A stretch of 64,000 bases of DNA from Ginglymostoma cirratum (lineage: Eukaryota), in NCBI GenBank assembly GCA_024137785.1, contig JAHRHZ010000002.1, positions 13,429,947 to 13,493,946 on the forward strand, given 5' to 3'. How positions within the stretch are numbered: position 1 is the stretch's first letter; every line of letters begins with the position of its first letter. The position numbers and the translations under genes were made by a program. Positions 1 through 14,329 of this stretch are shown here, piece after piece. The notes under the pieces were generated by a model. It was not told the origin of the DNA. It searched no databases and was given only the letters and a program-made list of their open reading frames with translations.

Positions 1-687
1 CAGAACGATTGGACACTGTTTCTATTTGTGTTAAGGAGGCTCTGAAATTCTACTGGCGAGAGTTAAATATCACATTAATTTCAAAGCTTCACAGCAGGGA
101 CATAGACTACGAACTGTCAACATCTTTGTGAAAAGTATTGTCCTGGAATTTAACGAAATCAAAAACTTTTACGTCATTCTGTTATTAAAGATTGGCGAAA
201 TGAAAAATTAGTAGCCTTTTGAAACATGCTGCCATAATTTGATACTTTCCAACTTGCTATATATGTTGCATATGAACCGATAGATTTCTGTTACTTTTTC
301 TTCAGAGGAAACAGACAAGAAGTCACCCAGAACACGTTACTTGTTATTACTGAACTTTCTTTATTGAGTGAAGCAGCATGCCAATGGATGTCTAATAGTG
401 AAATGAATAATAGAAATAGTCAAATATAAGAAAGAAGAGCAAGTATATGTCATAGGGTGCTCGGAACCTGGCCTGCAACTTAACAAAATCATGGTGAAAC
501 TCATTCATCCATTCCTTTATCCAGCACTGTGGCCATACCTTTTGAATCTCTTTCATCAAAGGTTCCAACCCTGAACTCTGTGACATTTCTGCAACTGCTT
601 TGCTGCTCTAAATTGTTATCTTACATTCACGTAGGTGAACAATGCATGTTAGTTGCATTGGTGGGAGCATGTGCAATTATTGCTTAC

Positions 688-708
688 CTGCGGCCGAATC
701 TTTAGATA
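688..708 (-). CDS. Microexon 24 (21 nt): VSKDSAA
   Basis: gctctcattcatttcctttctcag|TATCTAAAGATTCGGCCGCAG|gtaagc. Confidence 0.85.
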
Positions 709-949
709 CTGAGAAAGGAAATGAATGAGAGCAGCACATGAAATGAACATTGCACAATGCACCACGGTATGAAATGGATTGCTATTTGATATCTTGAGCG
801 AAGCACTTCACTGTTAGATATTGTCTCATACGCATTCATTAAACAACTCACATAAGAAAAAAAGATTCCACGTCTGAAGAATTGCAAACTTTTCCATATT
901 TGACACTGAAATTGATTTTCAGTCTCACGAGCTACTTAAAATCCTTTAA

Positions 950-1680
950 AAAAATTATCCATGGGATATGGGCATGGGCATGGGAATGGCTAACCCATTC
1001 CTAGGTGACTTGAGAAGGTGGTGGAGTTGCCTTCTTGAACTACTGCAGTAGATTTGTTTCAGGAAGTTCCACAAAGACGTTAGGAAGGTCGTCCAAGGAC
1101 TTTAATTCCACAACACTGAAGAAACGCTGATATATTTCCAACTCAGGATGATGAATCGCTCAGAGGGGGGCTTGAGTCGGGGGGGCGTGGGATGGGTGAG
1201 TGGGCGTTGGTCAGGGGGAGTCATTTATGGCAATGCCATTGATTTTCAAATGGGAATTGTTCGACTGTTCTTTTCCGGAAATTGCTTGGTGTGTATGATA
1301 CTTGCCAGTTGTTAGCCCAAACCTGAACGTTGCCCAGGCCTTGGTACATTTGGAGATGGGCTGTTTCGATATCTGAGCAGTCAATGATGGTGCTGGAAAT
1401 GTGCACTCATCAGCTAACATCCCCACTCCTGGACTTACAATACAGAGATGGAGCAGTTGACGATGGTCGTGCAAAGGAAACCATCCTGACGATTTATTAG
1501 TTTGATGTGACTGACCACCAGCAAGCGCAACCAACTACCTTTATGCCAGCTATCACTCCAATCAGCGAGTGTTTTCCCTTTAATTCCTTTTCACTCTACC
1601 TTTGCTAAAGCTCCTCCTTGCCACAATCGGTTGAAAGCAGCTTTGGATGTCAAGAAGAGACACTCTCACCTCACTTATGC
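950..1680 (-). mobile_element. Decayed CR1/L2-clade LINE fragment (RT to 3' end)
   Basis: ORF remnants VGMLADECT and QGLGNVQVWANNWQV resemble the LINE RT FADD region; homologous to 7890-8450. Confidence 0.75.
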
Positions 1681-3089
1681 TCAGTAGGTAATGTCAAATT
1701 AACAGATCACTGTGTTTATTGTAGGGTTTCTTCGAGGTTTATCTCTTAAGCATACACATAATCCACCCAAAAAAAATTACATTGTTTATAATGGCCTGAG
1801 GTTGACCTATTGTTTTCTTCCTTTTTTGTTAAAACAAGTCCTGAAGTGTTTTTCATTTTTGATTCTAAAAAAAGTACACTTCCGTAATATTATGCTTTGA
1901 AATCTTTTGTCTTTTCTAAAAGAAAATTGTGTAGAAAGGCTAAACTTGAGGCATTGTTTTCCAAAGAAAAGTCTATTTTGTAGCTTATAAATCAATGATC
2001 GCGACTGAAATTGTGAACAACTGTCATTGCATTAGCTTATCTCAACAAATGCTAAACCTAGAATGCCCACATTAGCAAAAGGGAACTATTGCAAATTGTC
2101 GTATTCTGATAATTTAAAAATAAGTGAATGCTGAAAATGACAAGGTAGTCACGGAAGTATCATAAACAGTAATCAAAATAAAAATGCATATTTTACAAAT
2201 GCAAAATGTTGGAAATTTTAAATATTTTAAATACAAGCAGAAACTCGTGGAAGAGCTCAGAAGAGCTGACAGTATCTGAGGAGTGACTGACACTGTTCCT
2301 AAAAAAAATTTCAGTTACCCGCCTCTAACCCCACAAAAAAAGTGCCTGACTTGCTGAATGTTTCCATCATGTCCGTTTTTGTCTCATTCTGGATGCTTCC
2401 TGACTTGCAACGTTCTCTCATTTGTTGCTGTCACAACTTCATGAGTACATAAGAATTTGGTTCTAAATGTTGGATACTGGCGTCCTAACAAACACTTGCT
2501 TTCAATTAGCAGCAGTTATTAGAGCTTGCAATAGAAATGAAAAAAAGTGGATCATCAGCACAATTCCATTCCTAAAGCAGTGACTCATTTGAAAAAAAAG
2601 GGCAACGTAACTGACTGTCGTAGTGAAATTTAAAATGTTGCTTGTTATTTCATCGATTTACAACTTTAATTATTGAATTTGTCAATGTAATATTATTGCA
2701 TTTTCTTCACAAAGCTAATCTTTGTTCCAAAAACGATTTTGATTCTGGTAATCTTGTAAAATGCATAGCCTTGTTTCAGCCACTCAGTAAGTACACTTGC
2801 CAATTCCAGTTTGTTACAAAGTTAATTAAATACAGGAAAAATGGACACTGAGGAGCGTTGTGCCATACAGACAGAGCAAGTGATGGCATTTAATTAGAAG
2901 GTGTCTCGTAAATAATTATGCATTAAACTTCCTTCTCAATATACCGAATAGTCGTGGAAATATTCAAGTGGAAGCAGATTTGGGAAGTCACAAATAAAGA
3001 TCATGGCAAATATACAAAGGAGTGACATGGTTAATTATAATAGAAAGGTGACTGCATGCATAGTGAGAAAGTATACAACATAAGATAAA

Positions 3090-3275
3090 GGTAACGCTGT
3101 CATTGCCCTACAAGATAATGGGGCTACTCCCTTCAACCTGAGGATGACTACACCTCAGACAAGGGGAGAGTTTGAGAAGGAGCATCCTTCGTGGTAAGCT
3201 CACCAGGTACTAGAATTGGGCCAGTGCTTTTGGCATCACTCTGCATCACAAACCAGTCATCCAGCCAAGTGACCC
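3090..3275 (-). mobile_element. tRNA-derived SINE (possibly Meta-domain type)
   Basis: tRNA-like head on the minus strand plus a cctgagg...cctcag internal hairpin motif recalled from fish SINEs. Confidence 0.55.
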
Positions 3276-3334
3276 CACGCAACATATGAGTGCACTAGCA
3301 AGTGCTGTCAGTGGAGAGTATTTTTAATAAAAGA

Positions 3335-4820
3335 ATTAAAGTCTCTGTACCTGAATGCTCATAATTCCTGACAAGACACATTCATTCATTGCACAAATAT
3401 GTATAAATGAGCAGGATGTGATAGCAATTGTAGAGATGTGGTTGCAAAGTGATTGCTCTTCAAAACTGAATATTGAATTGTATTTGACATTTAGAAAGGA
3501 TAAAAGAGAGGGAGTAGGTGGATTCTGTCAATAAAAGGTGATATCATTAACGTGATGGGTGACATCAATTTGGAAGGCCACGATATACGATAAGTTTGCG
3601 TGAGAAATACATTAACAATAGAAATAAGTGACTGACATATGTAATTTACAGGGGGGTCGTAAAATTAGCTACACGTACATGGAATGAATACCAAGAAATC
3701 ATGGTGGATTATCTCTAAGGTACTGCAATGATCATGGGCGATTTTGTCTTCATTGAACAAATAACATTGGAAAGTATAACCCTGAGGAAGAATTCTTAAA
3801 GTTTATTTTAGTTAGTTTCTGTGGATAATTAAATCTTGGAATAACAATTGATCAGGTTATGTTCCTCGGCTGTTACAAGCACAGCAACATAGCAGAAGGA
3901 CAGGATTAATTTATGATTGCATAGGAGAGGATTTGCTCGTTAATCAGAGCATAACAGAATTTCAGTTTCAGTTTCGAGGTCGTAAACCTGGATCTGATTT
4001 AAATTTTAAATAGTGGATTGAGAAAACAGTTTAACCTTTCAGACTATATAAAGTTAACTGTAACATACCAAACAGGGCAAAAACAGAACATTTGAGTAAA
4101 CGGGCCAGTAGATATTAAGATGGACAACAAAAGCATCTACAGTACCTAAAAATGAAGACAGTGGCTGAAGTAAATGCTAGTCTCTTAAAGATCAATACTA
4201 ATAAAATTAAAAGGAAGCAACACAATGGCAGAAATTTTAAAGGTATATTTCACATTTGCAGTGATGGTAGTAGATCATAAATATATTCCAAGTATTCGAT
4301 AAAACCATATGGCAAAAGGAGGAATAACGTCAAAAATGTCAGTCATTAAAGAAAAAGTAATATAGAGAGAAGTAATTAAGGTCCAATGATCTGCATATTA
4401 AATTCTTACCGAAAATGACTGAGAGACACAAGATGATTGTAATCTTCCAAAACTTCTGGATTTTGAATTTTAAAAGTGTAAACCTCTGAATGGACTTGAT
4501 GAGTAAATGCTCAAAGGATTTCTGGAGGAATTTAGGACCAGGAGCACCATTTCAAAGGGTTTTCTGTTTAAGCCGGAGATGAGAAAGAATTCACTTGTAG
4601 AGAGTTGTTCACCATTTGAATTCTCTGTGCAAGATAACAGTGGAGGCAATGTCTTTGAACACATACAAATCTGAGATAAATGATTTTCTTATGGAAGGTG
4701 GTTGAGTGCTATGGTGGGGTGTGGGGGTTTGTAGACAGTGCATAGGCTCGTTGTTGCACGCTGGAAAGTGGAGTTGAAGCTATAATTGTGTCAGACAATC
4801 TCTTATTGAATGGTGGAATA
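3335..4820 (+). mobile_element. Heavily decayed, internally deleted CR1 LINE
   Basis: Starts LKSLYLNA (APE-like) and ends with a CR1-type 3' region (gagatgagaaagaattc..., tattgaatggtgga). Confidence 0.6.
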
Positions 4821-4919
4821 TTTTTTCATCTCTTTTACATTTCTTCAATGAATCAAATCAAGCCCCGTTAAAGGGGTACCCTTCAGTAATTAGTATATTG
4901 CAATGAAATCTAACGATTA

Positions 4920-5325
4920 TTCAAATTTATCTCGCATCCGTGATGGCCATCACAGTTTCAAAGAACTTCACAACCAGTTAAGGATTTTTGAAATACAGAC
5001 ACTGTTAAAATCTAGGAAAATCAATTGTTTCAGAAAAAGCAATGTGGCCATGGTGAGGTTATTATCTTTTCGTTCTTAATAAAGGCATATAAATCAGTCA
5101 CAGCAGTGGAATAACTGCTAAACTATTTCAAAATAACACTATCAGATATTTTACATACATTTTTAACTGGCCAATTGAGTCTCTGCTTACTGATTCACCT
5201 GAAAGTTGGCAGCTCTGACAGTGCAGTACACACTACATTGGAACCTTAGCATTGTTGTATGCCTTGAAACATTGGAGTGGGGCCTGACTGCCGAACTTTG
5301 CGATTCAGAATCATGATTGCAGGAA
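4920..5325 (-). mobile_element. Deu-domain-type SINE remnant
   Basis: Reverse complement resembles the tail and head of the copy at 42225-42565. Confidence 0.5.
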
Positions 5326-5335
5326 ACTGACGTAC

Positions 5336-5359
5336 CTCCGGCTGTTGAAGGGTCGATGC
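5336..5359 (-). CDS. Microexon 23 (24 nt): GIDPSTAG
   Basis: ctcatttttatttgcttttcatgcag|GCATCGACCCTTCAACAGCCGGAG|gtacgt. Confidence 0.82.
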
Positions 5360-5809
5360 CTGCATGAAAAGCAAATAAAAATGAGAAAATACGTTTATGC
5401 CCGTAGAGTATTATAATTGAAAAGAATATCATTTAAAAATTCATTTTATACAATATGGACAATATACACAATAAGTGCTGTCTTTAATGATTTAGATTGT
5501 TAGCTCAGCTAAAATGTTAGTTCAATTTGCATATTGTGCAATATCAAAACATGCCTAAAAAGCAACTGAAGAAACGTATGTCTACATTTCAGCCGGCTTA
5601 TTATGACAATCATTGATGTGCAATGATTCCACAGCCATATTTTTAAGTATGTTGACGAGAAACAAAGCTGCCTTCCATTCTACGCACTTATAAGTAACAC
5701 GCTGTTTACCTTCCTGTCATTAAATACCCTACTTATCAGCCTTTCCTGACGGCCTTCCAGTTGGATCTTGGCAGCTTCACCACTCCCAGTTCCCAAGTTC
5801 CTGTATTTC

Positions 5810-7745
5810 TTAGAGTCATTGAGTCATACAGCATGGAAACAGACCCTTCAGTCCAACTCGCTCATACAGACCAGATACCCTAAATTGACCTAGATATATT
5901 TGCCAACGTTTAGGCCAAATCCCGCTAAACCCTTCATATTCATTTACCCATGCTGATGTTTTTTAAATGTTATTGTACCAGCTTCCTCCATTTCCTCTGG
6001 TAACTTGTTCTGTACATGCACCACCCTCCATGAAAAAGTTTCCCCTTAGGCCCCTTTTAAATCTTCCTCTTCTCACCTTAAGCCTATGTCCTCTAGCTTT
6101 GCGCTCACCCACTCCGGGGAAAACATCCTGCCTATTCACTTTATTTATGCTCGTCATGATTTTATAAATATCTATAAGCTCACACCTCATCTTCCAATGC
6201 TCCAAAGGAAATAGCCCCAGTATATTCAGCCTGTCCCTACAGTACAAACTTTCCAACCCTAGCAACATCCTTGTAAATCTTTTCCGAACCATTACAAGTT
6301 TCACAACATCCTTCCTACAGGAGGGAGATCAGAATTGCATGCAATATTCCCAAAGTGGCCTAACCAATGTCCTGTACAGCTGCAACCTGACACCCCAACT
6401 CCTATACCCAATGCACTGACCACTAAAGGCAAGCATACCAAACGCCTTCTTCAGTTTCCTGTATACCTGCGACTCCACTTTCAAGGAAGTCTGAACCTGC
6501 ATCCAAGGTCTCTTTGTTCAGCAACACACCCCAGGACCTTACCATGAAGTGTATAAGTGCCTTCATGATTCTGCTTTCCAAAATGCAGCACCTCACATTT
6601 ATCTAAATAAAACTCCATCCAGCATCTTCGACCCATTGGACCATCTGATAAAGGTCCTGTTGTACTCTGAGGTAACCTTCTTCGCTGTCCACTACACCTC
6701 CAATTTTGGGGTCATCTGCAAACTTCCTAACCATACCTCCTATGTCCATATCCATATCATTTATTTAAATGATGGAAAGCATTGGCTCAGCACCAATCCT
6801 TGTGGCACTCCACTGGTCTCAGGTCTCCAGTCTGACAAGCAACCCTTCACCACCACCCTCTGTCTTCTATCTTCGAACCAGTTCCATGTCCAATGGCTAG
6901 TTCTTCCATGTGATGTAACCTTTGATAACTAGTCTACCATGAGGAACTTTGCTGAATGCCTTACTGAAAACCATATAAATCATATCTATCGCTCTGCCCT
7001 AATAAATTCCCTTCGTTACTTCTTCAAAAAACTCAATCAATTTAGTGAGACACGATATCCCATGCACAAAGCCACATTGACTATCCCCAATCATCCTTTC
7101 CTTCCCAAATACAATGTGCCCACCACCGACATCAGGCTCACTGATCTATAGTTTCCTGGCTTTTCCTTGCCATCTTTCTTAACGTGGCACCATGTTAGCC
7201 TACCTTCAGTCTTCTGGCACCTCACCTGTGGCTATTGATGATACAAATACCTTAAAAAGGAATGTAACAAACACTTCCTTCACTTCTGACAGAATCCCAG
7301 GGCACACCTGATCAGCTCCCGGAAATTTATCCTCCGTTATGAGTTTTAAGACGTCCAGAACCTCTTCCCTTGTCATACGGACATTTTTTCAAGATGTTCC
7401 TACTTATTCCCCCACATTCTCTATCTTCCATATCCTTCTGCACAGTAAACACTGATGCAAAATAATCATTTGGTATCTCATCCATCTCTTGCAGTTTCAC
7501 ACGTATGTGGTCTTGCTGATTTTTAAGGGGCCCTATTCTCTCCCTGGTTACCCCTTTGTCCTTAATGTATTTGTAGAATCTTTTTGGATTCTCCTTAACC
7601 TCACTTGCCAAAGTTTCACGTCCCCATTTTTCCCTCCTGATTTCCCTCTTAAGTATACTCCTACTGCGATTATACTATTCTAGGGAACATATTGTTTCTG
7701 GAAGGCTTCCCATTTTCCACACGTCCCTTTACCTGTGAACATTCG
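5810..7745 (-). mobile_element. CR1 (HER1-like) LINE, 5'-truncated, frameshifted ORF2
   Basis: ORF pieces KENPKRFYKYIK..TRERIGPLK..NDYFASVFT and RKRFTRMLLGLESL..RLNILGLFPLE; 3' tail repeat tagagtcattgagtcata. Confidence 0.9.
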
Positions 7746-7889
7746 TTCCTAATCAACTAATCTTAAAAGGCAATCATCAATATGATATAGTTGATACTAA
7801 ACTCATACCACAGAATCGAGAAAATGAAGTATTGTCCCCTTTTTTTGCCCCTGTAATCTTCCAAATTGATTTACTTCTGTCTGGCGTTT

Positions 7890-9330
7890 AACCCCCAGGA
7901 TGCTGGTAGTGTGCGAATTCAGTGATGGTAACACCATCAAATGTCTAGGAGTGGTACTTAGGTAGTCTCTTATTGGACATAGTCATTGCATGGCATTTGT
8001 GTGACATGATTGTTAATTGCCACTTGTCAGCCCAAGCCTGGATATTGTCCAGGACTTGTTGCATTTGAACATGGGCTTCTTCAGTATCTGAGGAGTCACA
8101 AATGATGTTGAACATTGTGCAATCATTGGTGAACATCCCCACTTCTGACTTTATTATGGAGGGATGATCGTTGATGTAACAACTGAAGATGGTTAGGCAT
8201 GGTAACCTACCCGGAGGAGCTTCTGCAGGGAAGTCCTGGAGTTGAGATGACTGACTTCCAGCAACCACAACCATCTTACTATGTGTCAGCTATGACTCCG
8301 ATTACCAGTGAGTTTGCTCCCAACACCCATTGATTCCTGTTTTGTTAGTGTTTCTTGATGCCATACAGTCAAATGCGGCCTTGATGTCAAGGAATGTCAC
8401 TCTTACCTCACCTCTGGAATTCAACTATTTTGTCCATATTTGAACCAGGGTTGTTTATGAGCAGGTGCTGCTTGCTAACAGTGTTAATGAAACCTTATCA
8501 CTTTACTGACAATTGAGAGTAGACTGAAAGGGTGGTAACTGGTCATGTTGGGTTTATCCTCTTTTCTGTGTCCAAGGCATACCTGGGCAATCTTCCACAT
8601 TGTCAGGTAGATGCCATTACTGTTATTGTCCTGGAACAGTCTGGGTGGAGGAGTGGAAAGTTTTGGAGTACAAGTCTTCAGTGCTATTGGCGGAATGTTG
8701 TCAGGGCCGATGATCTTTTCCCTAACCAATGCCTCCAACTGTTTTTTGATATCACATGGGTGAATTGAATTGGCTAAAAGCTGGCATCAGGGATTCTAGG
8801 ATCCTTGTAGGAAGCTGAGATGGATCATCCACTTTGCACTTCTGGCTGAAGAATGTTGGATATGCTTCAGTCTTATATTTTGCACTGATATGTGGGCTCT
8901 TCCACCATTGAGGACAAGGATATTTGTGGGCCCTCCATCTCCAATGATTTAAAAAAAAGTCCACCGCCATTCATCACCGGATGTAGCAGCACTGAAGAGC
9001 TTAGATCTGATCCATTGTTTTGTGGGATAATTTAGCTCTGTCTATCACCTGCTGCTTATACTGCTTTGCTTGCAAGTATTCCTGGTTGGCCCTTTACCAG
9101 TTTTAACATCATTTTTAGGTTTTCAAGGTGCTGCTTCTAGAATGGCTTCCTAAACTCTCCATTGAAACAGGTTTGATTCCCTGGATTAATGTAATAGTTG
9201 AGTGGACAATATATTGGGCCATTGGGTTAAAGGCTGTGCTAGAGTACAACTCTATTGTTATTGATGGTCTACAGCACCTCATGGATGCCCAGCCTTGAAT
9301 TGCTAGATTTGCTCAAATCTGCCTCATTTA
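7890..9330 (-). mobile_element. CR1/L2-clade LINE ORF2 fragment
   Basis: GPDNIP..LK, WKIAQV..YHPFSLLSIVSKV, YINDHP..VGMFTNDCT..DNIQAWADKWQ. Confidence 0.88.
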
Positions 9331-9429
9331 CCATTATCCAAGGCTTTTCAAGAGTATTTTTTTTAATCATACACGAGCAAGGAGGTTATATAATTCTTGC
9401 ATTAAACATATGTTCCAACTCATTTGTAG

Positions 9430-9950
9430 TATTGCATCCAGTTCTAGACAACACATTGTATGAAAGATGTAAAGGCACTGGAGAAAGTGCACTAAAATAT
9501 ACAAAAACAATCCCAGAAACGAAGGGCTTTAGTTTTGAAGTTTGGATAGAAAAGTTTGGCCGGTTGATCTTGGGATGGCGATAGCTCCGTGGAGACTCTA
9601 TTAAGGTTACACTAGTCTTGACAGTGTAGATGCATGGAAAACCTATGCCTAATCTTTTCCCACTCAAAAATGTGTCAAATACAATGGAAGATATGTTTAA
9701 AGAGATTTTCAAAAGAACCAAAAATGTAATGAGGAAAGCTTAAAGCTTAAATTCTGCAATGCATTACCCGAGTCTGCTGTAGAGGCTGGTTGTAATGAAG
9801 CATTCAAAGTGAAATTAGATAATCACCTGGAAAGACGTATGCGTCAGGTATTGGAGAGATAGTAAAGAGAGATGCGAAGTGAAACACTGGTTATGAAAAC
9901 TAGCATGAACGGGATAGGTAGAATGGTCTCATTCGGTGCTGCAAATGTTC
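9430..9950 (+). mobile_element. Decayed CR1 3' fragment
   Basis: Similar in sense orientation to the CR1 ORF2 C-terminus and 3' UTR. Confidence 0.55.
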
Positions 9951-10209
9951 CTTTGCTCGAGATCCTGTGAAAATACTACTTATCAAATACCACAGCAATT
10001 TGAGCTCAAATGCTAGAAAGAAGAATGGTTTTATCTGAACAGCATACATGTTAACACCACATTGGTTTGCAGCCCTGATCTTAGATGAAAAATTATTTAT
10101 GTTAAAGGAAAAGTGTTCCTCAAATCAAAATATTTTGAGTTCCAATAAAGGTATTTAACTATAAATGAAACAGAATGGTATTCTAAGAGAAGTGTAATAA
10201 ATGCCTCAC

Positions 10210-10245
10210 CAGCATCTTTAAGTTTTTCCTGCAGTTTTCCTATTT
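10210..10245 (-). CDS. Exon 22 (36 nt): EIGKLQEKLKDA
   Basis: atattcatttctgatttcag|AAATAGGAAAACTGCAGGAAAAACTTAAAGATGCTG|gtgagg. Confidence 0.88.
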
Positions 10246-12157
10246 CTGAAATCAGAAATGAATATAAACATAAGTTACGTGCAGTACACAGGCTGAGTAA
10301 AGATGATATGTTCTTTGAAAACTACTGATATTACAAAAATATTATGGCTACTTTGGAAAGCTATCTAAAGTTGTGGCTAATTTTTTTTTTCAATTGTGAA
10401 AAGGTGAAGCCGGGGAAAATAGCTCCAGGTCGGCTTCGACTGACTTGTGCAATGACCAAAGAGAAACTTATGCTTAATTCTGCCTAATTACTAGTAATAA
10501 GCAGTGCACATGACATGGAAGCTGAGCAGTGGTCCACCCGATCCCACTGCCATGTCACTGACCACTTCGAAGAGTATTGTGCCACCATAAGGGTAGGCAT
10601 ATTACTTGCACGAACTGGAGGTTTGACTTGGCAGGCCCTGAGGACACACAGCCCAACTGGCTGGTTGGTGTGAATCTTCAGATTGGGACATAGCGATCAG
10701 ACATTTTAAATGACCCGATTGGACTTTTTGTTTGAGATTTATGATTTGTAAGTTGTCTCGAAGTACAACAGACTAATGGTGTTTTGGCGAGTCCCTCAAA
10801 TTGTCAGTGGTGCCTCACCCTAGGGGCAAGTTGGAGATCTCTGTGTGACAGCAGAGGAGGTCATGACATTGCAGAAAGACTCTCCTAGTTTCAAATTTCT
10901 CATCTTTCCCACAGTGATTCTTTCATGTGAAAATCATATGCTGGTTCAGTAAATGTTCACTCTACTCTTTCGTAGTCTCACTGCGTTATCAGGATTAAAA
11001 GTGTAATTAGCGCAAGTAGTGAGACAAATATGATCCTGATATACCACAAAAAATGTTTGATTAGTTTCCTTGATTGTCTGCTCTCTTGCTTTCCTCTGTT
11101 TACTTAAAACCTATAGCTAATTATTGATTAACAAATAGCTAAAACTTCAAACTAGTGTCGCAGTGCCACAAATATCACAGAACAATTCCGACTTGCATTA
11201 CTTTCATAGAAATTCGACGTGGAATAGATGGATATTAAATTGTTTTTAGCAATTGCATTTTGTACTATCATCAAAACATCAGACCTTTATATATTTTAGA
11301 CCTGGGTAGTATGTCGCGTTCGCTTCAAGTTTTTCCACAGACCTATTACGTTTTGGCTTGCACTAAAATTGGAAATTCGCTATAAATTCTTTCATTCCAA
11401 TACGGCTCTGTAGAATACCTTGAACAAAAGCTAAATACTTTGAAGTCATTTTTACAAAATCATGAAAGCTAAAAGTTCATGTTGAATCTTTGCATGACTG
11501 TTTCATAAATTGCACATATCTGTATCTCTCATTATGGCATGTTAAACGTGTTAAACTGCTGAGCCTCTGGGGCACACATACGCTAAGTTCTCAAGAAAAT
11601 GTTATCTTTTTCACATTGCATTGCAAATTTTATAGTGTTGTGAAATGCCTTAATTACTGTCAAAAAAGAAAACACCCTGGCATAAAAGATTTGTTTTCTA
11701 AAATGAAGAGTTTCATTCCTTCATATTATATATTTGTTGAAGGACTTAAAATAATGTCAGAAATGATTTTTTTGCTTTTTCTTTCACTTGATATTTCTTT
11801 CCATCTCTTCCATCTTATGTGTATGAATTTGGATTGATTTCAATATTCCAATTTCTAGGGGAAAAAACCTTGCCAGTCTTGGTTGTTATTCTTCAACCCA
11901 GTTCATTAAGGAAACAAACAATTGCATCCTTTGTTTACTGAGGCCGCATGCTATCTGTGCTGTGCTAAAATAACTTGTTAATTTCAGCACCTAATGCCAA
12001 ATGCATTAGGAAACCAATGGCCCCATGCAGGAATTGTTGCTTTTGCTCATTCCAAACTGCTTGCAGATATGACTGACTAGGTGAGTCTAGTCTTGTTGTA
12101 ATGCAATTTTAGAAAATTAGAGAAGTGTAACAATTGAAACGTTGACAATATTAAATA

Positions 12158-12282
12158 ATGATGTTGAGGTGCCAGCGTTGGACTAGGGTGGACAAGGTCA
12201 GATATCACACGACACCAGGTTATAGTCCAACAGGTTTATTTGAAAACAGAATCTTTCGGAGTTTCACTGTTACTTCAGGTGT
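12158..12282 (-). mobile_element. Penelope-derived terminal repeat fragment with degenerate hammerhead core
   Basis: Contains gacaccaggttatagtccaacaggtttattt; minus strand reads cctgaagta...tccgaaag. Confidence 0.5.
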
Positions 12283-13443
12283 TATGAGAGGATGCTAGAT
12301 TGTCCTTTTGGTATGTATTTAAAGAACAAAGAACAAAGAAAATTTCAGCACAGGAACAGGCCCTTCAGCCCTCCAATTATACATGAGATCAAGAGATTGG
12401 CACTGATTTTGTGATGTCTGCATACCCTTTAAAATGTTTCTTTGGATTCCTCGTCAGTCTCAATGCACTGACCACGTACTAGTTATATTCGAAGTTTCAA
12501 CTTCCGGTGGGAAGTTTCACACCAGTCTGGAACTCGCCAAAAAGTGCTTGACCCTGAGTTACAGTCTTAGACTTTGGCTAGATCTGACCGAATAACTTGA
12601 ATAGTTAGCCAGCAAAGGCTAGAGGAGTTCAACTCTGAATTAGATTCCTGTTAAACAGACTGTCCCAGTGCTGCATATCATTCCATAGTCATTAGATGAT
12701 ATATATTGCACCTGAAAATGCACCACCGGAATTGCCACATGAACTTCACTCTGGCATGTGTTCAGGACATCACATATAACCACTCCACCAAACCCCTTTG
12801 ATGCCCCAACACCGCATCACCTCCAATCTGGGATCAAATTAACTCCAATCCTCAGACCTTTCCCGAATTGTCGACCACCTTGTGCTCCCCTTATTCGACC
12901 TTACCAGCCCCATCTATACCATCACCAATCTGCCACCCGATTTACTCTTTCTCTTCTTACCCTATCATTCTCCTGAACCTGCCATCCTACCAACTCTGCC
13001 ATCCTATCAATTCTTGCACCTTATGGACCTAGACATCCTTCCCCCTTTACATACTTGCATCATCCTATCTCCTTACCCACTTAACAGTCTTGCAGTAATT
13101 CAGAGACATACTGAAAAACTTTCCATTTTTCATAGTGTTCAGGGTGAGGGTAAATCAATTAATTTTCCAAAATATGACTGTTCTTGCTATAAAAGGGACA
13201 CGTCTTCGCTGGAACTGGATTAAAGCACCTTTCTGCATCAGGTGTAATGTGGTGATACAGGTGATATTGTACTTCAGGTCCATGACATTGTATTGCTGCC
13301 TTATTCATCAGATGGTATTATAATAATGCCATGGACATGACATGTAGATATCTTGCGGTGATCATTGACCAGAAAATTTCGTAAGTAGTTTGCCACATTG
13401 TGGAGGCTTGGGAAACTACATACATATATTTTAATTCATTTAC

Positions 13444-13470
13444 CTATGTCTTTTACAAGCAGTTGTCTCA
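13444..13470 (-). CDS. Microexon 21 (27 nt): MRQLLVKDI (repeat C)
   Basis: ttgataactttcatttcag|TGAGACAACTGCTTGTAAAAGACATAG|gtaaat. Versus the 27438 copy: two synonymous changes and one L>V. Confidence 0.9.
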
Positions 13471-14329
13471 CTGAAATGAAAGTTATCAAGTTAATGTATT
13501 AGTTATAGTTGAATTTGTGAAAGAACGTACAAAGTAACTTAATTGTGAATATAATATTCAGTTTGTATATTAATTCATTCTCGAAAATTGCAGTTTAAAT
13601 GTCACATTAATGATTTTCGATTATACATTTTATGAAAGAAATATTTTACAACTCAGTACAGACTTGGAAATTAGATTTCAGGGTATGTGAACAGTATATG
13701 TGCTGTCACATATACTCTCAATGTAAACTCTTAAGGTAGGTATGAATGTTGTATCAAATCCACTAAACATTGACACATTAGTTATGGAACAGTATTTGCT
13801 CTTCACTGATCCCACAAAACAGCATGTCAGAAAGGAAGTTCTTGCTGAGAATAATACTGCTTTGTAATTTGCAAAAATAAATGTTAAAAAGGAAAGAAAT
13901 TGAATCCCAATAGGCTGAGCCTGAAAATCGGTCTCATATCTAGTAGGAAAGTGACTTTTCCTCAGTAATTGTTAATCAGTACATCTGCGAAATCCAGGAC
14001 ATTACATCATCTATGCTCACTACGTATCTATGTACTCGATGTATTATTCGAAGACAATGATTGAACATGGTAGTAGAAAGTGATTACTGAATTTACACAA
14101 TGGTGGATTCATATTTGTAATCAGTAGACCAAAACATGAAATTACAGCTGCGTTCTTTCAGTGAAAGTTTGTGGAAAAAAAAACTGACTTATTTCATTTT
14201 TGATTTTGCAAAGAAGGGAATATCTCAGGTTTTGTAGTGCAGATATGCATAGAGAATTAAAATAGCTGACAGAAAATAATCCTGTATTCTGAGAAAAAAA
14301 TACACAAGTGCATATGATATGCTTTGACT

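Noticed and set aside
539-607. Possible 69-nt phase-1 exon ending at AAG|gtatgg
   Set aside because: The acceptor lacks a pyrimidine tract, the intron would be only about 80 nt, and the peptide does not fit the repeat pattern.
1880-1915. Strong minus-strand acceptor reading EKTKDFKA-stop
   Set aside because: In-frame stop and no credible donor.
9981-10002. 22-nt AG..GT segment
   Set aside because: Frameshifting length and a weak gtattt donor.
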